A stretch of 52,984 nt of DNA from a virus (lineage: Duplodnaviria; Caudoviricetes), in IMG/VR virus record IMGVR_UViG_3300031885_000019, positions 1 to 52,984 of that record. One strand, 5' to 3'. The notes beneath the pieces were generated by a model. That model was not told the DNA's origin and ran no database searches. It was given only the letters and a program-made list of their open reading frames with translations. Positions 34,834-44,300 of this stretch are shown here, piece by piece. Position 1 is the first letter of the stretch, and every line of letters starts with the position of its first letter. Both the position numbers and the translations under genes were made by a program.

Positions 34834-35091
34834 ATGGCAAAGACTGATCGTTGGATGGGGCCGGTAGCGGCCAAGATGGAGAAGAAGGGCACGACGGGCG
34901 ACCTCCGCGCCATCGCCCAGCGCCGCGGGCTTCTCAAGGGTAAAGACGACACCCTCACTGAGGCGGATCTCACCACCCTGGCGAACGCCGCCCGCAAGAT
35001 GAAGGGCAAGGACGGCAAACTCACTGCGGAAGGACTTGACCTGATCCGTAAGGTGGGATTCGCCAAGAATGCGATGAAGGCCAAGAAGTAG
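34834..35091 (+). CDS. Small basic (Lys-rich) protein
   Basis: MEKKGTTG.L...FAKNA.K; RBS AAGGGG. Confidence 0.65.
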   Translation: MAKTDRWMGPVAAKMEKKGTTGDLRAIAQRRGLLKGKDDTLTEADLTTLANAARKMKGKDGKLTAEGLDLIRKVGFAKNAMKAKK

Positions 35092-35096
35092 GATCC

Positions 35097-35258
35097 ATGT
35101 CCTGCTCCTGTTCCTGCGGTTGCCATAAGGATGAGTGCCTTCCTGATGACATGTGTAGCGGGGAAGGTTGCCTTCTCTGTCATTGCGTCCGTGATGGTTG
35201 CCCTTGCATAGAGGAAGTAGAGACAGATGGTGAGGACGGCACAACTCCCCCCAGTTGA
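35097..35258 (+). CDS. Cys-rich metallothionein-like peptide (53 aa)
   Basis: Manual translation MSCSCSCGCHKDECLPDDMCSGEGCLLCHCVRDGCPCIEEVETDGEDGTTPPS; 11 Cys. Confidence 0.55.
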   Translation: MSCSCSCGCHKDECLPDDMCSGEGCLLCHCVRDGCPCIEEVETDGEDGTTPPS

Positions 35259-36993
35259 GAAGCTGGGGACTGACTTAGACCCGGCCCTCCAGCCTCTTTT
35301 CTATGGCCGCTCGCCTGCTGACATCCAGGCTTGGTGTGAGACCTTCCTGACTGTCCCGGACCTTCAGCAGCAGATCGTAGATGTCAGACTCTTTCCCCAA
35401 CAGATACAAATGCTGGAGGACCATACGGGGCGCGACGTTACGGTGAAGGGCAGGCAGTCCCGGACCTCCAGTCTAGAACTGATGGTCACGACGCGGGAAC
35501 TCACCACGACCTGGGGCTACACAGCCATCACCGGCGTCCACAATGATCCGGACACACAGGCATTCCGCCACCGCATCAAGCACCACCTGAGAGACTTGGC
35601 GGCGCACGGTCTGGAGTACACCCTGTCCGTTGACAACGACGATGAGTTGGCCATCAAAGGCCTTGAGAGCCGGGTCATCTTCCAGTCTGGCGAAAAGAGA
35701 ATAATCGGACGCTCAAGAACTGCACACAGAGTACACTTTAGCGAGGTAGCCCACTGGCGCCCGGAGACCGTCGGTCCGCTGATGGGGGGACTGAAGCCCT
35801 CTGTGCCGGGCCCGCCCTTTGGGTCAATCGTCCTGGAGAGTACACCAAATGGGGCAGAAGGTTATTTCTACGGTGAGATCCTTACTGCCCGTCCGAATGA
35901 TCCAGAGGGTCTCTGGACTGTCCACCTCTACCCGTGGTGGATGGAGCCGCGCTACCGCGTGGGTTCCGGGCCTGGGGTGGACATCTTGATCCCCGTATAC
36001 GAACTGCAAGAGAAACTGATCAACTTTCGGCCGACACCGGAGGAAGAGCGCCTCATGCACAAGGCGGATCTTACCCCCGACCGGATCCTCTGGCGCCGCC
36101 TGAAGATGGCAGACCTGGCTAAGACCACCACGCCCTTCGCCCAGGAGTTCCCTGAGAGTTTGGAGAGTTGCTTCCTGTCCATCAGTGGCAACTACTTCCA
36201 GACCCCGGATGGCATAGACCACCTGGAGTGGTACAGGAACCTCACCGCCCCTCCTGTCCTGGAGATGGAGGTTCTGCCCTACAACAAGTCTCCGGTGCTC
36301 TTTGGTAGCGGCCGCCTAGCCCTCTGGGAGTTCCCGGATCCCGCGCAGGTCTACACAGTCTATGTGGACTGTGCCAGCGGTGAGCAAGGGGACTCGGCGG
36401 ACTATACAGCCATCAACGTCCTTAATGTGGGGACGATGCACAAGGCCGCCCGCTTTCGGGCAAAGGTCACTCCCAACGATGCAGCGGCCATCGCCTGTGC
36501 TATCGGAGAATACTACGGTAACGCACTCCTTGGTGTGGAGCGCATCGGACATGGTTCGGCGTGCCTGGATCGGGTACGCGAACTTCTCTACCCGAACATC
36601 TACTACCACTACGACCCGATGCAGCCCAAGAAAGAAGTGAAGCCGGGTATTTACCCCACCCCCCAGATGCGAGAGAAACTCCTTCAAGGTCTCCGGGTGG
36701 CGGTGGTAAACCACACCTACGTCACGCGAGATGCTCTGGAGATGCAGGAGATGGGCACCTTTGATTGGACGAAGGCCCAGAACCGGATGAAGGCGCAAGC
36801 CTCCGGTGCCCAGGCACACGACGACATCCTTATGTCCGTGGCTGGATGCCTCCTCATGGCGCCGGAGGCCAAGATCCGCAGGAAACTCGGCAAGCGCGAA
36901 GACGAAGACGACGTGATCCTGGTGGGAGGCCACGGCGAAATCATCAACCCCTACCGCCAGAAGAAAGGCGGATCTCAGTGGTGGATGAAATAG
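35227..36993 (+). CDS. terL: Terminase large subunit
   Basis: VKGRQSRTSS (Walker A-like), HFSEVAHW, LESTPNG, FAQEFP, VDCASG..DY, HDDILMS. Confidence 0.9.
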   Translation: MVRTAQLPPVEKLGTDLDPALQPLFYGRSPADIQAWCETFLTVPDLQQQIVDVRLFPQQIQMLEDHTGRDVTVKGRQSRTSSLELMVTTRELTTTWGYTAITGVHNDPDTQAFRHRIKHHLRDLAAHGLEYTLSVDNDDELAIKGLESRVIFQSGEKRIIGRSRTAHRVHFSEVAHWRPETVGPLMGGLKPSVPGPPFGSIVLESTPNGAEGYFYGEILTARPNDPEGLWTVHLYPWWMEPRYRVGSGPGVDILIPVYELQEKLINFRPTPEEERLMHKADLTPDRILWRRLKMADLAKTTTPFAQEFPESLESCFLSISGNYFQTPDGIDHLEWYRNLTAPPVLEMEVLPYNKSPVLFGSGRLALWEFPDPAQVYTVYVDCASGEQGDSADYTAINVLNVGTMHKAARFRAKVTPNDAAAIACAIGEYYGNALLGVERIGHGSACLDRVRELLYPNIYYHYDPMQPKKEVKPGIYPTPQMREKLLQGLRVAVVNHTYVTRDALEMQEMGTFDWTKAQNRMKAQASGAQAHDDILMSVAGCLLMAPEAKIRRKLGKREDEDDVILVGGHGEIINPYRQKKGGSQWWMK

Positions 36994-37392
36994 ATGACTA
37001 CTAAGGGTTGCCGGTGGGCTTGTAAGAATCGTGTATCCACTGCGAGACGGATGACTGCGGTCGAAGCGGCTTGGGTGGGTGCAATGATCGAGGGTGAGGG
37101 CCACATCGGTTTGCGTAGCCGCGGCGAGGGTTATACGCCTGCCGCCAATTTCTGTGTGACCAACACTTCGATAGAGATCCTATCTACCCTTCTCCGACTT
37201 ACTGGTGTGGGGAGGATATATTTCTGTCCAGATCGGCGGCCAGATAAACTGGGTCATCTTCCTGTCTGGCGGTGGCACATTGTCCGCAAGGAGGACATGG
37301 TGGCCGTCGGGGAACAGATTAGGCCCTATCTGGTAGATAAGCGCGAGCATCTTGACTGCGTATTGGAGCAAGTTAGCGATGGCCATTCCTAG
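36994..37392 (+). CDS. Free-standing single-motif LAGLIDADG endonuclease
   Basis: AAWVGAMIEGEG, VTNT, IRPYLVDK. Confidence 0.75.
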   Translation: MTTKGCRWACKNRVSTARRMTAVEAAWVGAMIEGEGHIGLRSRGEGYTPAANFCVTNTSIEILSTLLRLTGVGRIYFCPDRRPDKLGHLPVWRWHIVRKEDMVAVGEQIRPYLVDKREHLDCVLEQVSDGHS

Positions 37393-39403
37393 AAGTGCGC
37401 TGTTGAACAAGAAGGACGCAGAACAACTGCGCCAGAGCATTACCACAAAGTTAGTCTATGGTAAAAGGTTCTGGTCCCCATTGCATGTACGTCAAGATTA
37501 CTGGAGCGCAATGTATTTCCTCCTAGACGTAATACAACAGTACAAGCCTATCGGATACAGAAGGTTCATCAGCAACGAACCCCGGACGGCACTGGACGCA
37601 GCCCAGTCTATCCTGACCCGCAACGAGTCCTTCTGGCGCATCCCACTCAACGAAGCCACCGACGAGAATATGGATGAGCGTCGCCGGATCGGTAAGGTCG
37701 AGCGTACCCTCCAGGGTATCGTCTACGACGTGGATGAGAACTTCTCCATGCGCGGCCTCATGCCATTCTGGAAGCAGGTGGCTATGCAGGCCCTCCTCCG
37801 TGGTTGGATCTGGGGCAAGTTGCATGTCACCGACGAGGCCCTGAAGTACCGCGAAGCCCCCCTCATCGCTGAAGTCTACGACTCCCGTACCGTCTACCCG
37901 TACCTGGATGCGATGGGGATCAACTACGTCATCATCGAGAAGTCTACGACGATGGGCGACCTGGCGAGTCTCTACCCAGAATCCTACGGCGACGAATACA
38001 ATGATAAGAACTTCGACCCCAACCGACCCGCGGTCAAGTTTGAATACTGGTCCAACGATCGCGGGGAGATTCCCGGTGTGACTGGGGTGCTGGGATCGGC
38101 GGTTCCGACCTACCAGCTCTACAACCCCAACAACGTTCTGCCGTTGTCCTCGGCTAAGTGGCTCATCCCACCCTACAGGCATGGGTTTTCGCCGCAGGCG
38201 CTACCCGTCGTTGGTGTAGCCGTGAACGGGGTCAACGTCGTCACCAAGCCCTCGATTATGAACCTCGTTATGGACCGGAACCGAGAGAAGGCCCGCCTGA
38301 TGGGGCTAGGTGAGTATGGGGCTTTCTGGCAGTTGTCCAGCAACTCCTGGGTCTCCGAGTCGGGACGTTCCCTGCTGTCGGCAGTCGAGGAGCAGGTGCC
38401 ACAGTACAACGAACTCATTGCCACCATCTTCCATCACTTCAGCATCGGCACCTACGGCACCTGGATCTTCAAGACCCCATCCGGTGAACTACCGGAGTTC
38501 ACACCCGGCATCGAGGCGAAGGTCGCCATCCGCCCAGAGGAAGACCTGCGCCGGGCCGAGATGTCGCCGGTGACGCCGGATGCTTACAGGTTGGTGGCCA
38601 TCCTTGACAATGAACGGCAGAAGGGTGTCCTCTCTAACATCCTCCAAGCCGTCGTGCCCTTCCAGGGCAGTGGCATCATGTTCCAACAGGTGGCCAACGC
38701 CGCCCTCAATGCCCTGGAGCCTTTCCATGATGGCATGGAGAACTTCGGCACGCGGGCGGGTACGTCTATCCTGGCGCAGTTCCAGTCTGGGGGCACCTCA
38801 CTCAAGAAGTTTACTGTGACCGCCCCTGCGTCCGCGTCCATCGTTCGCCGCCAGACCTTCTTCAATGTCGAGTTTGACCCGGCCATCGATCTGGATCGCG
38901 GGCGCCGCTACCGTCCACGGCCGGTCTTCAAGCCGAGCCTGCCGGATGATATGTCCCTGCGCATCCAGGCGGCCCGGTTCGCCCTCGACCCGCGGCGCCC
39001 GGTCCTGAGTCTTATGACCGTCCTGGAGAACATCCTCCAGATAGACGATCCGGCGGCCGAGATCGACCGCATTTGGGAGGACATCGCCAACACCGACCCA
39101 GTGATCGTCCTGGAGCACGTCGCCCAGGCCTTGGAGCGCAGGCAGGAACATGACATGGCGGCCCGTATCCGCACCACCGAGTTCCGGGCGGCCTACGTTC
39201 AGGAGATGCAGTTCCGCCAGCAGACGGGCCAAACGCAGGCGTATGGCTCGCAGACAATGGCCATGCCGACCGGCAACACGACGATGCCCGCCGAGACCGG
39301 CGTTGCGGCGGCTACCCAGCACCCCGGCACCGGCCAGGGTCAGGCGGCAGAGGGTGTCGGTCCCGGTCTTATGGGGCAACTTGGTGAACGAGGGGCCGTG
39401 TGA
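37379..39403 (+). CDS. Portal protein (probable)
   Basis: Position after terL, ~670 aa, ALLRGW.W, low-complexity C-terminus; RBS GGAG before ATG 37379. Confidence 0.7.
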   Translation: MAIPRSALLNKKDAEQLRQSITTKLVYGKRFWSPLHVRQDYWSAMYFLLDVIQQYKPIGYRRFISNEPRTALDAAQSILTRNESFWRIPLNEATDENMDERRRIGKVERTLQGIVYDVDENFSMRGLMPFWKQVAMQALLRGWIWGKLHVTDEALKYREAPLIAEVYDSRTVYPYLDAMGINYVIIEKSTTMGDLASLYPESYGDEYNDKNFDPNRPAVKFEYWSNDRGEIPGVTGVLGSAVPTYQLYNPNNVLPLSSAKWLIPPYRHGFSPQALPVVGVAVNGVNVVTKPSIMNLVMDRNREKARLMGLGEYGAFWQLSSNSWVSESGRSLLSAVEEQVPQYNELIATIFHHFSIGTYGTWIFKTPSGELPEFTPGIEAKVAIRPEEDLRRAEMSPVTPDAYRLVAILDNERQKGVLSNILQAVVPFQGSGIMFQQVANAALNALEPFHDGMENFGTRAGTSILAQFQSGGTSLKKFTVTAPASASIVRRQTFFNVEFDPAIDLDRGRRYRPRPVFKPSLPDDMSLRIQAARFALDPRRPVLSLMTVLENILQIDDPAAEIDRIWEDIANTDPVIVLEHVAQALERRQEHDMAARIRTTEFRAAYVQEMQFRQQTGQTQAYGSQTMAMPTGNTTMPAETGVAAATQHPGTGQGQAAEGVGPGLMGQLGERGAV

Positions 39404-39708
39404 TGGTAGACGAAATCCCGCAGACAATAGATGAACCCAACGGCCAGCGTGTGAGCGGCGCCCAGCTCTACAAAGCCCTCCATGAAGTGGACGTTCGGAT
39501 GATGGGGCAGTTTGGACTGTTGCACGAGCGCCTTACTGGAGTGGATCAACGTTGTGGGGGTCTGGACGAACGCCTTACTGAACACACCGTCAACCACCCG
39601 CCCTCGAAACCGAGTCTTGCACGTGTTGGCGGTATCTCTGGAATCGTTGCTGCCATCTTTACGGCGGCGGGTGCCCTCATTGGGGCCATTTTACGGAGGG
39701 GCTGGTAA
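39400..39708 (+). CDS. Coiled-coil protein with C-terminal TM helix
   Basis: Repeated LxERL then GIVAAIFTAAGALIGAIL. Confidence 0.6.
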   Translation: MMVDEIPQTIDEPNGQRVSGAQLYKALHEVDVRMMGQFGLLHERLTGVDQRCGGLDERLTEHTVNHPPSKPSLARVGGISGIVAAIFTAAGALIGAILRRGW

Positions 39709-40721
39709 TGGCTGACCCTACACTCGAAGACATCATTAACAACATCCTTGCTGGAGGAGGCACGGCGGGGACTATCGATAGGGCTGCTCTGCGCCAGATG
39801 CTAGAGGGTCTGGGCATCGATGTTCCTATCAACACTACGGATGTAACGGATGCAGCCCAGGCCTACCTTGATGCGCAGAATGCGGCGGCACAGATGTCTC
39901 CCTGGGGGCCGTCCTCCCTCGAAGATATAGCAAAACAACCCGCAGTCCAGCAAGCAAAGACTGTGTTGATAGATCGGGCAAATGCTCTGTGGGGGGCGCA
40001 GGCGGGGGGCAACGTAGCCGAGTCTATCTCCAACTACGTCACCTCGCAGGTGCAGCGCCAGCAGGAGACCGTCTCGGTCGAGCAGCGCACCTCCCGCGCA
40101 TATCTGGACATTCCGACGCCAGAGGAGTTCCTGAACAAGTTTGAGACTGGTCTGGCCACGCACGTTCAGGCCCAGGTCAAGGCGGGCACACTCAGCCGCG
40201 GGGCCGGTCTCTGGCTTCTGGATAATCCAGAGGTGCTTTACAACGACTACATGGCAGACCTGGGGGCCCGTGCTGCTAAGGGCGAACAGATCTTCAAGCC
40301 TGTAGGTGTTGGCGGCGCCCCAGAGTTTCTTGGCACCCGACCTGGTGCCGTAGAGACGCGCCAGACGGAATCGGAGACTAAGGCGCTGGAACAGGCCCAG
40401 GAACAGGCACAAGCGGCGGCGACCTCTGTGCAGGCGGCTGGGGCTGGTGGGGGTGGAGGCACCACCCAACGTCAGACAACAACCACCACTGAGCAGCAAA
40501 CCGCGACCACTGAGAAACAGAAGGAACTCTCCCAGTTGGCACAGACAGAGGAGATCTACGCCCGCCCTAACCTGAACTTTGCTTACGCCATATCTCCCTT
40601 GGAGTGGCTCCAGAAGCGTACAGATCTTGAGATGCTGTACCAGGGGGAGCGGGGGACGAAGAGGCGTGAGGCTGCGACTGCTACGGCACCTCCGATCGTT
40701 CTACCGCGGGTGGTGAGATAG
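39708..40721 (+). CDS. Putative internal virion protein
   Basis: A/Q/T/G-rich; lies between the portal and the giant protein. Confidence 0.55.
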   Translation: MADPTLEDIINNILAGGGTAGTIDRAALRQMLEGLGIDVPINTTDVTDAAQAYLDAQNAAAQMSPWGPSSLEDIAKQPAVQQAKTVLIDRANALWGAQAGGNVAESISNYVTSQVQRQQETVSVEQRTSRAYLDIPTPEEFLNKFETGLATHVQAQVKAGTLSRGAGLWLLDNPEVLYNDYMADLGARAAKGEQIFKPVGVGGAPEFLGTRPGAVETRQTESETKALEQAQEQAQAAATSVQAAGAGGGGGTTQRQTTTTTEQQTATTEKQKELSQLAQTEEIYARPNLNFAYAISPLEWLQKRTDLEMLYQGERGTKRREAATATAPPIVLPRVVR

Positions 40722-40898
40722 ATGCGTATCGCTGAACGTGCAGATCGGTTCGTGGCTGCGCTTCTAGCAGCACGCGATCATCCTCCATCTGAACAGGAGA
40801 AGTTACGGCAGATGGCCCAGGATGCTGTGAAGGTTGTACAGTCGCACCTTCGGGAACGGCGCCAGGCCGTCCGCAAGTTCTCTTCGGGGAGGAAATAG
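40722..40898 (+). CDS. Hypothetical protein (58 aa)
   Basis: Manual translation MRIAERADRF...; fills the gap exactly. Confidence 0.55.
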   Translation: MRIAERADRFVAALLAARDHPPSEQEKLRQMAQDAVKVVQSHLRERRQAVRKFSSGRK

Positions 40899-40900
40899 TC

Positions 40901-41314
40901 ATGGGACAGTCGGGTGTAGGTGGCTCAGGAAGTATCCTGGGCAACTTGGTGGCCAAGCGGTCGCAGATCAACAAGATCCGCGAGAAGTTGGGCTTTACGC
41001 CGGGCAACGACATGGGTGGCGTCCCTCAAGGAGGACTGAAGCGCACAGCCCCGACTTCTCCTGCCGGTCCCGCAGTTCCTCCAGCCGCACCTGCGGCTGC
41101 GTCCCCTGTGGTGCAGCAGACGAAACCTCCTACTACCGTGCCGGGTCCAGTTCCGACGGTGGCCGCAGACAAGCGTAAGGCGATGTTGGAGCAGGCGGCA
41201 ACCTTCTTGTCGGGACTCCAGAAGGCGACCCCGGCACAACCCGCGGCGCCCGCTCAACCTGTAGCAACAACACCCTTGGGCCGAGCCCGCCAGATCCTAT
41301 CTGGAGGCGTCTAA
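40901..41314 (+). CDS. Pro/Ala-rich putative virion protein
   Basis: RBS GGGAGG; operon context. Confidence 0.6.
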   Translation: MGQSGVGGSGSILGNLVAKRSQINKIREKLGFTPGNDMGGVPQGGLKRTAPTSPAGPAVPPAAPAAASPVVQQTKPPTTVPGPVPTVAADKRKAMLEQAATFLSGLQKATPAQPAAPAQPVATTPLGRARQILSGGV

Positions 41315-44300
41315 GTGCCTTTCACATTACCTGGCGAAACGGCGGATGCCGCCATACGGCGTGTCCGCTCTTCGAGGGCGGCAGTGGCTACGGCTGTGCC
41401 CGCTCCTGCGAGCACACCCACCCCGACTCCGCCTCCTTCGCCTGCGCCTACTCCTACGCCCTCCCCTGCGAGCACACCTATTCCGGGGGTCGCAGTAGAG
41501 GAGCAGGCATCACCACCCGCCGCCCCTGCCCTGCCACCAACCCCATACTACGTCACTGCGCTGGGCAAGCCAAGTGAACCTGCGCCACGTGAGTTTACGT
41601 TTCAACCGTGGCAACCCGCAGATATGGTTGCAACACAAGACGAACTCAAGCAGGAGATCCAGTTGTGGGAGGGTGCCGGTGGCATCAGTCGCCCCCGTGG
41701 GGCGGCTTCGGATGTCTACGATGCCTACGGAAACATCTTCACCGTCGAGAAGAATATGGGTGCCCTGCTCGATCAGGTGTCCAACTACGATCCTACGTCG
41801 GTCAAAGATCTCAAGCGGGCGGCGACTGGGTACACGGTGAGTGTCGCCTCCCTCAACCCGCGTAAGGCCGTCATCGATGCCGTCAATTCTATCGCCAAAG
41901 AGAGGCCGGACGACTATACCACCTATCTGGCCTCCGATGCGGGGCTTCAGGATCTCTTCAAGCGGTCCCAGATTGGTCTCCTGACTCCACCCAACTTCAT
42001 TGAGATCTCCCCGGTCAACATAAAGGATTGGAGCCCCGTCCTCATACGTGCGCATCTTCCGGCGGGCCCCTTGACTGAAATCTTGGCCAAGACCGCGGAG
42101 ACTGTCTTTGATCCACTGTTCGTTGCCACACTCCCCATCTTCCCTGGTGCGACCATTGGTGCAAAGGCCCTGATGATGGGGGAGGTCGCTGGTGGGATGG
42201 CCGCGGGCGAAGAGGGAGCTGAAGCGGTAGGAGCGCCACCGATTGTCGGACAACTGGTTGGCGGTATTGCTCTCCCCGGCCTTGTTGGGCTCACCCGCGC
42301 AGGCATCCGCGCCACCCTAGAGCGGGCAATGGCCAGCCCGGAGGTAGGAACCCCCGCCACCGAATTGCTCCGTCAGCAAGGTGCGATTGTCACCGGCGCC
42401 GATGAGATAAGCCGGGCCCTCGGCACAGAGCCACGGGTCTTGTACCGAGGCACCTCTACTGCCCTGGGCGACCAACCGTTGGGGGAGGGGGCATTCCTGA
42501 CCCCAATCAAGGAGGATGCCCAGGTCTATGCCGAGACGACCGCCCGGATACACGGCGGGGAACCGCGTGTAATCACGGTTGAGGCCGCCCCAGATGCGAT
42601 TGTACCCTCGGAGATTCCGGGACTGGCTGCCGATCGTGGGGCCGTCCGCGTTACGAATCCTGCGGGCATCAAGCCCATCGTAGAGGGTGCTCCCCTGCCC
42701 GCAATAGCAGGTGGGGCGAATATGCTCACCCCCGATGTGATGAACAACATGGCCCGCGCCATTCTGGAGCGCCCAGAGGCGCAGGATCTCCTACGGAAGA
42801 CCGCCAACATCCTCGCCGAGTATATCCCCGGTGCAAAACTGCTTATCGAGGCCATCAACCGAATGGCCTTGGCAGAGGATCCCCATCTCGCCGGTGCGTT
42901 TCGCTGGGTGCTGTCCAAACAGTGGCAGGACGCACAAAGGGAAGTGGCCCTAGCATCCTACCGTGCTACGAAGGCGCCGTTCATCGAGAACGAGATCGGC
43001 CAGATCTGGTTGCCGGAGGCGGTAGGCAGCACCAAAGGTTCATGGATCGCCGTCGGTGACGTGTTCGAGAACGTAATGCGCGGCGAAAGCACCTACCTCC
43101 CGCGACTCTCGGCGGAACAGGTCTCATGGATCAAGCGTGCCACAGGCACCCTCAAGCAGTTTACGGTTGAGGCAGAGGCCGCCACAGGAGAGAAGATTGC
43201 CACCCGCGAGGTCTACTGGCCGCGGTTCGTGAAAGACCCAACGGCGGGGCGCTGGTCCATAGGGGCTGGACTCACCGGCCGGGGCCGTCCGCCCGCTCTC
43301 TTCCGGCGTATGTTCGAGGAGCAACAGGAGGCTATCGCCGAACACGGCCTGCGCTACAAGCCGGGTGTGGTCAGCCAGATGGATCTGTACGCCCAAGGAA
43401 TGCAGAGGATTGCACGAAATGGACTTGTAGATGCGTGGTGGAAACAACAAGGGGTTACACGGATCGGGTCTCCTACGCTTAGGGAACGTCCCATAGGCGA
43501 GCTGGGGTTTGGCTTCCGTGGGGTGATGAACAAGGAACAACTCCGGGATGTGGCAACCATAATTGGGCCCTCTACGCGTAACCCGCTCATCACGATCCCC
43601 TCGAAGGTGAACTCAGTCTTCCGCCTCCTCTTGACCGGCACAGCGGACACAGGTTGGGGAGCCATTCAGCTTATGACCATGCCCTTCAGCCCCGCCGGAC
43701 CAGGGAAGTGGGTGGAGGCGATGGCCCGCGGCTTCTACAACATGATCGCCAACCCCCGTGGCTTCTACGAGTTCGTCGCCAACAGCCCCGCCGCCCGTCG
43801 GTACGCTATGTACGGAGGCAACCTGGGCCTGGACACTGAGTTCTTCGAGGCCACCAAGATGCTGGGACCGAGTGGGATACCCGTGGTTGGGCCCGTGTGG
43901 AATGTGGCCTCCTACCCATTGCGGACGTTTGTACGCCGCCTGGAGGTGGGCTTCGAGACCTCCCTGGCCTACGGGCGCATCTTCACATTCGATGCGATGG
44001 CCGATGCCGCCCACGCCCCCAGTTTGGCGGCGCGAGTAGCCGGGGCACCCGCTGAGTTGGCCGGGGAAGCCCTACACGATGAACTGTACCGTGTCGCTCG
44101 GTTTACAGACACGTTGATTGGCCAACCCATGCTTGAGGGCGTGGTTTCGCCCAGCCAGATGAAGTTCGAGTCGGCCTGGGTTTGGTTCGCTGCGCGGTAC
44201 ACGCGCTCCTTCCTCGGCACCTTGTCCTACGTTGCCGGTTCCGGATACACCCCCGCCCAAGCGCGGGTCATCCTGGCAAAGATGCTCATGGGCGGTATGG

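Noticed and set aside
41390-41545. Tandem DNA repeat at the start of the giant gene
   Set aside because: Explained by a Pro/Thr/Ala-rich coding linker (PASTP twice).
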